Source: Lama guanicoe
Taxonomy: Eukaryota
Direction: 5' to 3'
Assembly: GCA_013239625.1 (NCBI GenBank)
Contig: MU053561.1
Span: 2,826 to 66,825, forward strand
DNA: 64,000 bases
The first letter of the stretch is position 1. The number at the start of each line of letters is the position of its first letter. The notes under the pieces were generated by a model. It searched no databases, was not told the DNA's origin, and saw nothing but the letters and a program-made list of their open reading frames with translations. The position numbers and the translations under genes were made by a program. Positions 36,022 through 49,060 of this stretch are shown here, piece by piece.

Positions 36022-39000
36022 CACTTTTCTTAATTTATTTTGCTCTTTTGCCTTAGCACAAAACTTCCATTCTTGGTTATCCTCTAATGTCCTCATATCT
36101 TAGGAAAGAGAAATTTCATAATAGTTAGTCCTCTCAACTTCTTTCTCTTCTACTCTCTCCTCTTTCCAGATTAATCTTTCTAAGACAGATCTCAGATATA
36201 TCACTTTCCTGCATAGTAACCTGGAGACCTAAGGACTCACCCATAATCATAAACTTCTTAACCTGCTATCTAAGGCCCTATGACTCTAGCATCATCCTAT
36301 CTTTCTAGCCTTCACTCACTTCTCTCTACATATACTCACTATGCTTCCTTGTCCCAAACCTCCCTACCTCTCTGTCTTATCTACTTGTAATGTTCTTCCC
36401 TGTTACTACCACCTCCACCTGTCAAAATCCTGTCCAACCTGCAAGTATTTCCTTTAAGCTGTCTCCTTAATCCCCTCAAAAGACATCTTTCTCTTCTTTG
36501 AACTTCTAGAGCACTTCTATAGTAATTTGTGTGTCATTTCTCCACATTGCCTTCTCCCCTTTAGCTGGGAAGCTCCTTAAGAAATCACACTTTACACATC
36601 CTGTTATCTTCTGAGGTACTTAGAACACTATGTTCCTAGATCTCAGTACATAATCGTTGAATGAATAAATTGATGATTCTTATTTTTATCTCTAATTAAA
36701 ATCCTACTCATTCCTTACAGATCAGAATCTTCACTGGCCATCCCAGCCCTTGATTTTCTTCCTTTTTCTACTGCTTTGTATTTTGTTTCCATTACTTTCT
36801 TACCTTCCAATTAGATTGGAATCCCTAGAAGGCAGAGACTAAACCTTATTATATGTCTTTGTGTTCCTCTTCCTTCACCTTATAGTACCTTGTGCCTTTT
36901 AAGTGCTCAATAAATATTTTCAATGAGGCTGTAAAGAAGCCCCTCTTTTTTCCACCTCCTTTGCTGCTCTATGAACTATGATTGCCTTAGCTGAGAAAGC
37001 CAGTTTCTGAGACATGTTACTAATGAAGGTTGTGCCTCGGAGACAGTGATCTTGAATGAGGATTTGTAAATGAGTCTCCAGCTTCCACATTCATCAGCTT
37101 AAGAAGAGGATACTGAAAAGCTGCTCTTAAAAAAAAAAAAATCTCCTTACCTGAAGTTGGCTGGAGCTGCCTGAGCTACTAATCCCTGCAAGGTTTTCAG
37201 TCTCTGCCTTGAGCACTGAGAGCCTACTCTCGCCTTAACCTCCACGTCAGATCTCTCCATGGTAACACTGGAATGTTTGCTATTTTAGGAGAGCTGCCTC
37301 ACTGCATGCAGTGATATTTACATTAGGTTCACAACAAGGCATAAATGCAATGGCTTGAGTGTCCACTGCTTTGCGTGAGTAGGAAGGTCCTGATGGCCTA
37401 ATGGATGCCTCTCCCTAATTCTGCTGTCCTATTTCATTTTTTCAGCCAACCACAGTATAATTATACATTAATAAATATTGCTTTTACAATACTCAGGGGG
37501 AAAACGGAGAGGGAAAAAAAAAAGGAAAGAAACAAAACAAGAATTCCTCCAGGTATTCCTTCGCAAATTGCATTATTTCCCCCTGCCTTCACACCTTCCC
37601 GTCTGGTTTCATTTAAAAGGTTCTTCGAGATAAAGCTTCCACCATTCTGTAGAGTGGAATAATATCAATAAATGGAACACTTGCCAGGTTTTCCCTGCAA
37701 CTCTGTGGATACCTTCACTAAGGAAGAGAAAAACGCTTCATAAACTGCATTTTATTAGATTTTTTGCCTCCCCCGTAAAAAAAAGATGTAGACAAGTTGC
37801 TGCAGGACAACAGCTCCATCAAAAAGCACTCTGATCACAGCAATGTGCTGTCTGCCTGAACGGACACGGAGGACTGAAAGCAAACTTGGAGTGTTGTTGT
37901 CAGTCAGAGGCATGTCAAGTGTATGGCCTTTTTTGCTGTTCTATGGAGTTAATTATATAAAAGAAGTTCGTAAGTATTATGCAAGGACACTCCTGCTAAA
38001 AGGGGTGCTATACAATGTTCTGGTAGAATAGAAAAGGGAAACAGAGGGATAGTAAAATCAGTTCAATCAAATAACCTTTATCAAATCTGTCTGTCTTATT
38101 TGAGGGAAGGAAGGCTCTGCAGTAAAACTTCCGGTACTCAGAGATTATACCCCAGTCCAGACTTTCATACTGGGATCACGTGAGAAATACTTATCTATGG
38201 GAGGTGGGGTAAGATGAGTGTTTTTCATTCGGCCACCTCAAACCTGGAAGTGTGAGATCTGTGAGCTCTCTTTCTCCTAAAGCCTAACTGTCATATGTAT
38301 TCCCAATGGTGAGGGGCTGGGGGCGGGGTGGGTGCAGGAAGTGAATCAGTCCTCAGAGCTCAAGTTCTCTCATCCCCTAACTTCTATCAGGGATTCCAAG
38401 GATGGCCTTGCTGGGGATGAGGGAATTCTTCAGCCTCCGTGGAGCTGGCCCAGAGCTCAGAAATTGAACTTGTGCCTTCCACACTGTAGAGGAGTGGCTC
38501 CATGGTGAGGAGTGGCATGGCGGACTAAGGTCTGAGTATAACACAGCAGAACTAAGATGCTGCTACTGTTAGCAGACAAGGATAACACCCACAGCAAAGG
38601 CTTCAGGTGTCACAAATAGTAAGAGTTGTCACATATTACTGTAGAGACAAAGTGCTTAATAATTGGTTTTTATAATATTCTTTACCTTTATCAAATTCAC
38701 AGAATGGACTACTGAAGCAGTTAATAGCTGTGTCAAACCATAATTTGCTGTCTGCAGAGGTGACTTCAATTATCTGCTCAGTCAGTCCTCTGTCTAAACA
38801 ACTACCAGGATTATCTTTTTATAATGCAACTCATAAGCTTTTATTCCTGTTAATTTTTTAATTTTTAATTCTTCATTGCCTACAACATGAAGCCGTTAGC
38901 TTGACATTTTATGGGACTTTTTGGCTATGTATTCCATCATTCTCCATCACTTACCATATATTTGGTAACACCAATTACTCCCACCTCCTGAAATATGTTC

Positions 39001-42000
39001 CACGCCACTGCATATACTGTTCCCCTGCCTCGAATGCCCTTCTCCTACTTTCTACCTGGTGTCCTCAGCCCTAAGCACCCCCCCCCCAGGTCAAGGGTGA
39101 CTACCAGGTGAAGCTTTCTCTGACTTCCAAAGGTAGAGTTAATCTCTCTCATCTCTGGGTCCTTTCAGCACTAATGAGCATATTTCTTTCTCTCTCTTCA
39201 TTTTTCCTGCTGCATTATCTCTGATTGGCCTATAAGCCCTTTGAAGGCCAGGACCCCCTAGACCAGTGGTTCTTACTCAGCAGCCACATCCTAGAGAGCA
39301 TTTTGGAAATTTGTGGGGGTGCTTCTTGTTTTTGCTGTCCTTGCAATGATGGGTGGGACTAGCAGTGCTACGTAACTTGCAGAGGGCAGGACAAAGCATT
39401 GTTCCAAAATCTGAATGACTTTCAAATGTTCCTCTCGGCATTGACGGAGGTATTCAAACTGTTTGCATAATCATCTGAACCCAGGACTTAATTCTCTTAC
39501 ATGTCTGAACACAATATTAATATATTCTGATTTTTCTGTGAATTAAACTGCTATGTAAATAAGGGATGATTATTTTATTGGTATTTGGAAGGGGGATTCA
39601 CCTAGAGTTTTTCACCTTGGTATTGCCACTTGATTACTAAAGGCACTGTCACTTGCTGTTCTTCAACTGGCAATATAACATGCCTGAATCAGACTGCTGT
39701 GACATTCACAGTGATTTCCCATACAGGTACAAGCACCTGACTATTTCTTTATATCTTTTAATATAGTTGTGCCCAAGAATTTGCATATTAAAATAAACAT
39801 CATCTTATTATAAATTAATGTCTTTTGTGTTTCATGTTGTTCAGTATCTACTTCACTGGGTTGCTTTGAGGCTTAAATTAACTTAATATATAAAGTATTT
39901 GAAGCAGCACCTGACACATGGAAAATGCTACAATATGTGCTGATGTTATTGCCACAGAAAAGTTGTTGAATATTCACTGATAAATATTTTAAATTATACT
40001 TGGAATATGTGTTTAAGAAATCCTGTAAATTTACTTCTAGGTTTTATCTTGTAACAGTCTGAACCATTTGAGTGTAACTAAATGATCCCAAGATGTTACA
40101 GAAAATGTGTCAATATTTCTTTGTGTCTAGGAGATTAAAGTGAGATACAGTTCTCATTGTGACGGTGTTCCCTGGATGATTCACACTCTGTTGTGGTCTT
40201 TCTGGGGATCAAGCAATAATACAAACTGGCAATTGTGAGTTCAGTCTTTGTCTATAAAACAGTTTTTCTATGAGTGGGGCTAACAGGTCCAGAGGGAGAA
40301 TTGTGACCATTAATCTCATAAATAAATAACTGCTATACTTAATAATTTTACCTCTGTCTCTTATAAGACAAAGACAGTTACAATGTGAGTGAAGTTTGCA
40401 ATATCTGACTTATTGACCATGTCTTTTTTAGCTACTACTCATTTTAAGACAAGCCTTACTCTCTTTCAGGTTGTTTATATGGATAATAATAACAGTAGAT
40501 ACCATGTTTTGAGCACTACGCTAGGCACGTCAAATATATTATTTCTAATCCTTACAAGTAGATGAATGCTAGATATTTTTATCCCTATTTTACAGAGGAG
40601 GAAACTGTACTCGGAAGGGTTATATAACTTGTTCAAGGTTATACATCCAAAAAGCACTGACACTCAAATTCCAAAAAGACCTGAGCTCATTCTTTCATGA
40701 CACTCTGCTTCCTGAGTTAAAAATCCAGCAGACTTCATACTAGAATCGGTTAGTGAAGGACAATTCTTTCTCTAAACTGGGACTTGACTCTGTATCCTTC
40801 CATAAGTCAATCTGAACCAGCATGGCTAAACGCTCCCAAGATGCTACATAAATCATTTCAGTATTTCTTTCTGTCTAGACCATAGAATGTAAGATTAGAA
40901 GCACAGTGATCAAACCCATCTCCTTTCTTTTAGAATCTGAACGCACATTCAAAGACGGAAGGTTTCAGAGGATTATCTGAATGCTCGCTAGAAGGCTGCA
41001 CTCTCTGGCCAGGCCTCTGAACTGTTTTAGAAATGAGAATATAAAATAATTCTATGCACACTGAGCAGTACTTGGTGCCTACTTGTTTTTTTGTTTTTGT
41101 TTTCATTTTGTTTTCTCTTTCAAAAAGCAGACTCAAAGGGAGAAACTAGGAAGTAAGCCGTGAGAGGCTTTCTTTCCTCCACATTTGAGAGGCTTCCTAA
41201 AGCACAGCTTTACAAAGCCGGGTTTCCAAGCCAGTGCTCCTCAAAGTGGCCCACCACTGTGCTGAGATGCCATCCTCTCTGCTCTCAGGTGTGGATGGGC
41301 CTGAAGGTGGACACTGGTAACCACCTCCAACCATGTCCAGCCGTAGTCACTTACTTCAGAGTAACACAAACACAGAATCATTTCCTATGAAAATGAGCCT
41401 TCTGCGGAAAAGGCTGGGAAACAGTGCTTGACAGAATTAATAGCACAGTGTGATCAGGTTTGTAAATGCACAAAGAGTTAGGCAATAACAATACATTTTT
41501 ACAGGTACTAGGCAACAGTAATGAAGCATATCAATTTAGTACAATTTACGTGACGATGCATCTCTTTTTTCTGCCCACACAATGTTATTATCCTCTGGAT
41601 GCTGGACTTAACCTTGTTCTAGGTATTCCTTTACAATAGATTATAAATAATTTAGTCTCTTTCAAATTATAATTCTTCTGTTCTTCAAGTCTGTTTTAAA
41701 ACTGATACGAAACCAATCCCAATGGAATTAGCATTGCATATATTGAACTACTTAAACCCAATTTGGTGCTTACCAAAGATACTGACAAAAACAATTATAT
41801 GTACATAAATATATCTGTATGTGTCTCTAAATATAAAACTAGGGCAAGGAGAACAATTTTATTTCAGAACTTACATGAGTATTTTTCTTTCAAAGTGCTC
41901 GCTTTGCGGACTGTACGCTTTCCCCAATGACGCCAGACTCATTAAAGTAGAATGTCAGAATTATAGGAAACTTCGGAGATTATTTGGGCTAATTTTCCCA

Positions 42001-42624
42001 TTTTATACATGTGGAGGCTGAGAAGCGATGTATCCATAGTCATACAGTTAATACAGAAAGAATCAGGATAAAAATCCAATTCTCCTAATTCCCAGCCAAG
42101 TTATTTCTAATTTAAAAATGTTATTGAATCTTCCATATATTTTAATATTTATCTTGCAAAAAGCCTATGAACTTTAATTTTTACTCATATCTATCAAATT
42201 ACATGCATACACATCATTTCCTGAGTTTGTAAACCAGAACTTTCCAACCAAAGTGGATCCACAGTCCAAGAGGTTTACAGTGAAGCCAAGACAGTGATTT
42301 CTCCTGCCCTCACTGCAGCCCAGGCACCCAGCTGGCCACTTTCAAGTGAGAAGCTCCATCCATTTACTGCTACACCTTATAAATACTATCATTTGCTATT
42401 TTAGCCATGACATGGGAAAGGTGGGGAAACACTGCTTTAAACTAATCTTATCACTGCTCTTTTTATCCTGACTCCAAGCTTCATGTATGTGACCAATAAA
42501 TTAAACTGCACACGTTTTGCTTTGTCATTGATCTAAGATTTGTAAAAATACCTGGTAATTGTTTATGTTGCTTGGGCACAGATAGATTCTAGGGTTTGTT
42601 CAGAAAGTGTCTTTTTAGTAAAAG

Positions 42625-43871
42625 TTGACAGCTACATGTAAGAATGAAATCAGAACATTCTCTAACACCATATACAAAAATAAATTCAAAATGGATTAAA
42701 GACATAAGTGTAAGACCAGAGACTATAAAACTCCTAGAGGAAAACATAGGCAGAACACTCCTCGACATAAATCGAAGCAATATTTTTTTTTCTGTCTCCT
42801 AAAATAAAGGAAATAAAAGCAAAAATAAACAAATGGGACCTAAATAACTTAAAAACTTTTGCACACCAAAAGAAACCATTGACAAAACAAAGACAACCTA
42901 CTGACTGGAAGAAGATATCTGCAAATGATACGACCAATAATGGGTTAATATCCAACATATATAAACAGCTCATACAACTCAACATCAAAAAAGAAGAAAA
43001 AAACAACCCAATTAAAAAATGGCCAGAAGAACTCAATAGACATTTTTCCAAAGAGGAAATGCAGATAACCAACAGCACATGAAAGGATGCATGACACTGC
43101 TAATCATCAGGGAAATGCAAATCAAAACCATAATGAGATCTCATCTCACACCTGTGAGAATGGCTATCATCAAAAAGACCACAAATAACAAATGTTGGCA
43201 AGGATGTGGAGAAAAGTGAACCCTCCTACACAGTTGGTGGGAATGTAAAATGGTTCAGCCACCGTGCTAAACGGTATGGAGGGTTCTCAAAAACCTAAAA
43301 ATATAGTTTATGATCCAGCAATCCCACTCCTGGGCATATATCCAGAGAAAACTCTAATTCAAAAAGACATGTGCACTGCAATGTTCATAGCAGCACTATT
43401 TACAATTGCCAAGGTATGGAAGCACCCTACGTGTTCATCAACAGATGCTTGGATAAAGGAGATGTGCTGTATACATACACAATGGAATACTACTCACCCA
43501 TAAAAAATAAAATTTTGCCATTTGCAGAAACATGGATGGACTTGGATAGTGTTATGCTAAGTAGAATAAGTCAGACAGAGAAAGACAAATACTCTCATCA
43601 CTTATACTGATATCACTTATATGTGGAATCTAAAAAATACAACAAACTATTGAATATAACAAAAATGAAGCAGACTCACACATACAGAGAACACACTTGT
43701 GGTTACGAGTGGAGAGGGGGAAGAAGGGGCAATATAGGGGTGAGGGAGTGGGAATTACAAATTATTTGGTGTAAGACAGGCTCAAGGATGAATTGTACAA
43801 CACAGGGAATACAGCCAATATTTTATAATAACTGTAAATGGAAAGTAACCTTTAAAATTGTAGATAAAAAT
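42625..43871 (+). mobile_element. 5'-truncated L1 (ORF2 C-terminus plus 3'UTR)
   Basis: ORF2-like peptides (YDPAIPLLGIYP, KRQPTDWKKI); similar to 56690-57800. Confidence 0.9.
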
Positions 43872-44082
43872 GATCTAGCTCCATAAAAAGGCTATGAAGA
43901 AGTAGAAGCAACTAGGTGCAAACAAACAAACAAACAAAAGTTGAGTGAAGAAAAGGAGTTTCCTCTGAGGCAACCTCCAAGAACAACAATACAGATTAAT
44001 GCAATTATTTTCACAACAGCAATGGTTCTCTCTTCCATACTGAAACCACATCATACATTCTCTATAATTATACACCACTCAG

Positions 44083-44787
44083 CGTGGCAGGCAGAATTCT
44101 AAGATGGCCACCGAAATCTCCACGTTCCGGTATCCACACCACTGTATAATCCCCACTCCCTGAGTGTGGCACGAGCTGTAACTTGCTTCTAACCAACAGA
44201 ATATGACAAAGGTGATAAGCTATCACTGCATAGTCATGTTATGTTATACGGCAAAAGTGAAGAGGTGTTGCAGACGTAATTAAGGTCCCTACCCAGCTGA
44301 CTTTAAATTAACCAAAAGGGGTAGTATACCGATGGGCTTCACTTGTTCAGCTGAACCTCTTAAAAGAGTATCTAGAAGTGAGAGAAGCAAGGGACCGTCT
44401 CTCACCACTGCTGGCTGTGAAGAAGCAGGCTGCAGTGGGGAGGGTATAGCTCAGTGGTAAAGCATGAGGACCTGGGTTCACTCCTCAGTACCACCATTAA
44501 AAAAAGCAGCAGCAGCAGCAAGCTGCCATAACTTCTACCGTCACACGGAAATATTCTTCCAATAGCCAGAGGGAGCTTAGAAGTGGATCCTTCCCTAAGT
44601 GAGCTCTCCGGCCAAGAAAGCAGCCCAGCTGACATCTTGATTTCAGACCCAGGAGACCCTGAGCGGAAAACCCAGCTAAGCCATGCCTGGACTACTGACC
44701 CATAGAAACTATGGGGTAGTAAGTGTACGTTGTTTTGAACCACTAAGTTCATAGTAATTTTTCCCACAGCAATAGAAAGTGAATACA
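44083..44787 (+). mobile_element. MLT1-type ERVL-MaLR solo LTR
   Basis: Termini gtggcaggcagaattctaagatggcc and acagcaatagaaagtgaataca. Confidence 0.85.
44437..44506 (+). mobile_element. Internally deleted vic-1-like SINE inserted in MLT1 LTR
   Basis: ggggagggtatagctcagtggta...cattaaaaaaa. Confidence 0.8.
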
Positions 44788-44867
44788 CGTAGATGTATAT
44801 ATTTTTTAAAAGAAGAGCTCGTGAAAGCAAGAGGCAAGTGCCTCAGGAAGGACAGCCCAGACCTCAC

Positions 44868-44985
44868 CTGCACGTCCATGGTGGCTGGCTCCTCCAACAG
44901 TTCTAGCAGGTGCTGTTTCTCCTGCGATAGTTGTTCCACAAGCTTCTCCTGGGCAGCCAGGCTCTGACTCAGTTCTTCGATTCTT
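44868..44985 (-). CDS. PDE4DIP: Long-isoform exon RIEELSQSLAAQEKLVEQLSQEKQHLLELLEEPATMDVQ
   Basis: CTCCAG acceptor, CAG|GTGAGG donor, 118 nt, ends in phase 0. Confidence 0.95.
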
Positions 44986-47877
44986 CTGGAGCAGAAAAAA
45001 GTAAGGACAATTATCATGACACTAATATTACCTTTACTTCTCAGCCCACTCCAAAGATAGCATGGTCCAGTTCAGTAAGTTTCTACCTTTCTGAGTCATC
45101 AAACTCTTGGGTAGTTTTCTTCAGTAAGCCATGTATTATCTACCCCAGTCCCCAGATAGATACACAAATGATTTTTTGCTTACATTGACCTCCTAAAGCC
45201 ATTCCATGGATCTATAGACCATAGGCATAAAACTCTTCAAACAAGGGTCAGAGTTGTGGGTGGTTTTTATTTTTTTTAGATGTTACTGTTACTCCATTCA
45301 AAAAACAATTATTAGATAACCATTATGTATATATAATTCAGTGCACATACCAAATACTGGGAATATAAAGATGGAAAACGTGCAATCTTTGCTCTGTAGA
45401 AACTTAAATTCTTTCGGTTTGTGTACCAAGAGTTGGGAGTGGGGAGGAACGGCTATATAAACAAATAACAGTAACAGAATTCAGTAAGTGCTACCACAGC
45501 AGAGGTATATACCATAGAGTACACCGTGTGGTCATGGAGCTGCAGGAAGAAAGATAAAGAAGAAGTGATTGATTTGACTTGAGAAGAGTCTGGGGGAAGA
45601 TCAGGAGAGGAGATTTTGAAGACTGGGTAATTTTCCAAGCTCAGAGGGAGAAGCTTAAACAAAAGGAAGGAAGACATGAAGATATAAGATACATAGGGAA
45701 ATGTCACTGGAAGGCAAAAAGGGGGAAGGCTGGTGGGAAGAGACAACGGCTGGAGAAAAGGCTGGAAATTTAGACCGGAATTAAGTTGTCCAAGACTGTG
45801 CGTGCTGTGTGGAAGTACATAAAGCATGGTTCAAATCAATAGTTATTCATCACCTACTGTGTGCCAGGCATACCCTGCTGTTTCTCTGTATGTAAGTCTT
45901 CGAGTACTAGAGATACCTGTCCTTGGACGATGTGCTGGTACTAGACGAAATGTTTCCAAGTATGCCTGTTATTCCTGTGTAAGTGTGTAAGACAGGGATA
46001 GCACCTCGGGAAGAAAACAGTTTGGCAGAAAGGTGAGGGGTCCCAGAAAGTCAAGGAGGAGTCTCACAGGCAAATTATACATTCATTTGAGGTATGAGGA
46101 TCAGCTAAGATTTAGGGATGAGAAAGAACTTTAAAAACTTAAAAACATTATACAGATTCAAGCCATAATGATAATTATGATGATGAATGTGGACTCTATA
46201 TTAAATTCCCTACAGTATCTGTGCTGTCACATCTCTGCTTCTCTCAAGCCTCAAACCTCACTCATCACTTCAGCCCTTTGACCCTTAGTCTCCACAGATG
46301 ATCTCTTCTCCTATTTTACAAAGCTATTCAAGGCCATCTTATATGAACACCCTCAGTTTGTCAGATGTGCATATGTTTTCTTTCCTTCCTTCCCTTCCCT
46401 TCCTTTTTTTCTTTTTTTTGGTTTAACAAGTGTTTATTGGAATACAGAGATGAGACAGAGTCTCAGGGAACCTAGCAGGGGAGATTCAACTCCACGCTGA
46501 GAATTGTACAATAATGGATGTGCATATAAAACAAAGCAACAACATAAAGACTTAATTTTGCTGTCATAAAAGCCTTCGCAGAAGTAATGACAGACACCTT
46601 AGAGGGTTTTGAAGAATGTTGAGGAGTCCACTAGGAGGGGAAAATACAGATGTTTCCCACGGAAGGAAGAACATGAGCAAAATTCTAGAGACCTGACATA
46701 TTATATGCTCCTGGAAACACCATTACTTCAGGGTCTGGATTCCAGCAATGTCTGAAGCCATGTCACATAACACTCTAAATGCCAGTTTCTTCATTTATAA
46801 AATGTAATAATCCTTATCTCATAGGATTGTTCATTTGATGAGAGAATTAAATGTTATGGGAGAATTAAACAAGAATGTAAAGTACTCAGCTGAACTGTAC
46901 AGGAAGAGCTCAACAAAGCTGAGTCATCATTATTATATCGAGTCTGGCATCAGTGAAGGGTGAAGGGGTCATGGTAGGGGGTGAGCCTGGGAGAAATCAA
47001 GGGTCAGGTCATAATAGGCTTTGCTGGCCACGCTAAGAAGAACAAATGTGTTCTTATTTCCTACAGCTGTTGGAGAACTTTTTAAATGGCTTTGCAATAA
47101 CATGATCAGATTTGTGTCTCAGAAAGATCACCTTGGTCACTGTGTGTACACTGTGTGTTTTCTACCTATTCAGCTAAAAACCACTTGAGGCTTCTTATGC
47201 CACCATAGTATCATGCATCGAAGAGGCTAAGCTGTCACTTTGACACTGTTGAATTTTCCTCTTCAAAAATGCTCTGAATTGTTAGACTGGGATGGAATGG
47301 AGAGGGTAGGACTGGAGGTAAACAGAAATTAGGAAGTTGCTGTAATAACTGAGACACAGAGGTGGCCTCAACCACTGCCCACTTACTTACCACTTACCCT
47401 TATTACTTACAAAGCCAGCACAGTCAGACCCCCTGTTCCCAGTACAGCTTACCTCTCACTGGCTTTCCCCGGACCCTCTGCTCTGGTTGTGTAGAGCTAA
47501 TTGCTGGTCTTGAAACATCCCTTCCCTGTGTCTTCCCATCACGCTTTCTCTTCCTGTAGAGAATACTTCCCCTCCTCAACCACTTCCTACACTGTTTCTT
47601 CTAACTCCTATTCATTCTTCAAAACTCACCTCAGATTTCAGCCCTTCCAGGAAACTTCCACCTCGCTCTTTTAGTCTGGAATAGATGACAATCCTAAATG
47701 CCACCCGGGCATCCTGTGTTACTTTTATCAGAGAACTTATTAAAATTGTGGAACATGTTCCATGCTGAGAAGAAAAGGGTCTTTTATCTCTGCCACCTCA
47801 GTGCTCAGCCCAGTATCTGGCATATACCAGATGCTCAATAAATGGGAATAAGTGAATCCATGTCTTTTGTTTGCCAC

Positions 47878-48356
47878 TGATGAGGAAAAAATCATAAATT
47901 TTCTATGGCAGGATAGTCGAACTAGACAGAAAGAAAAAACAAATGATGTGCCCGTTTGTGATCGGCCTTTCCCAGTGTGCAGTGTGCTTCTGCTTTCTAT
48001 ATTAACTAGGCCTCCTCAAAGCACAGGGATGAAATCAACCTTTGAGAAAAATTCTATGATTAATATTTCCTTTTCATCTCATACAAGGGATCACATTGAC
48101 CAAAGGTTTGTTCTGTAGATGCACAGCTGACTAAAAAAAAAAAAAACTTTGATGAACTGTGTGCACAAAGCTAACCTGTCAGTATGATACATAAATTCTT
48201 AAAAATGTATAAAACTGCATCTCTAACTCCAGATCAATGGAGCAGTTCTCAGAGCTGCTGAGAATCTGTTTCCCAGGTTTTAATCCTCAATTTGGCTCGA
48301 ATAAAATTCTCTTTTCTTTTTTCTTAGCTCGATTGTTGTTTGACTTTTCGTCGACA
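47878..48356 (+). mobile_element. Probable ERV1-type solo LTR (479 bp)
   Basis: TG...CA ends with degenerate terminal inverted repeat (tgatgaggaaaa / ttttcgtcgaca), TATAAAA near 48208, AATAAA 48300-48305. Confidence 0.65.
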
Positions 48357-48588
48357 CTGCCATGTTCTGCTTATACCTACTTAAGTCTCCTGGTTGCCAA
48401 TAAGTTAGTTCTGTTAATGGATACCGTTAAAGACTCAACCCTGAAAAGAAATTCTTTGTAGGCACCATAAAGTCTTAGAAGTGCTGACAGTCCACCATAA
48501 GCCCTTAAAGGGAGCAACGCAGCTGCTAGACTCTCAGCCTTGAGAGAAGGCAAAACACAGCCGCAGACAGAACACAAAAGGCACCTAC

Positions 48589-48737
48589 TTGTCCCTCTGG
48601 GCCAGGGCCTCGGTGTACTGGTTGGACTTGACCTGGTGTCCAGGTTCCTCTCCCCTGTCCTTGGTAACTCCCTTCAGTTTCTCTGCTTCCACCAGAGCTG
48701 CCATCCGTGCAGCTTCATTTTTTGCTAGCCTGGATTC
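48589..48737 (-). CDS. PDE4DIP: Long-isoform exon ESRLAKNEAARMAALVEAEKLKGVTK...ALAQRD(K)
   Basis: TTTTGCAG acceptor, CAA|GTAGGT donor, 149 nt. Confidence 0.93.
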
Positions 48738-48936
48738 CTGCAAAAAGGAAAAAAAATCAGAAAGAATAAAAACTGAAGGGCTGCAAAGTCCCCACCTAGA
48801 CTAAGAGCCCGAAAACCCACTTGATGAGTTTGGGGAGGAACAGGGGGAGGGGAAAAGTGCCTGCCAGGAGGCAGAGCAGTAGGGAAAGAGGCAAAAGAGG
48901 ACCCCCTGGCCTTGGACCTCCAGAATGCCCACTCAC

Positions 48937-49060
48937 CTCCTGCAGAAGCTGGATCTTATTTTCCAGGAGCTCGTAAACATGCTCCGTCTCCTTCTGTCTC
49001 TCCTCAAACTGGCGCCGGAGCTCAGCTTCATTATGGCTGTTGAGATTTTCCACATCAGCG
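48937..49060 (-). CDS. PDE4DIP: Long-isoform exon ADVENLNSHNEAELRRQFEERQKETEHVYELLENKIQLLQE
   Basis: TTTTAG acceptor, GAG|GTGAGT donor, 124 nt. Confidence 0.95.
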
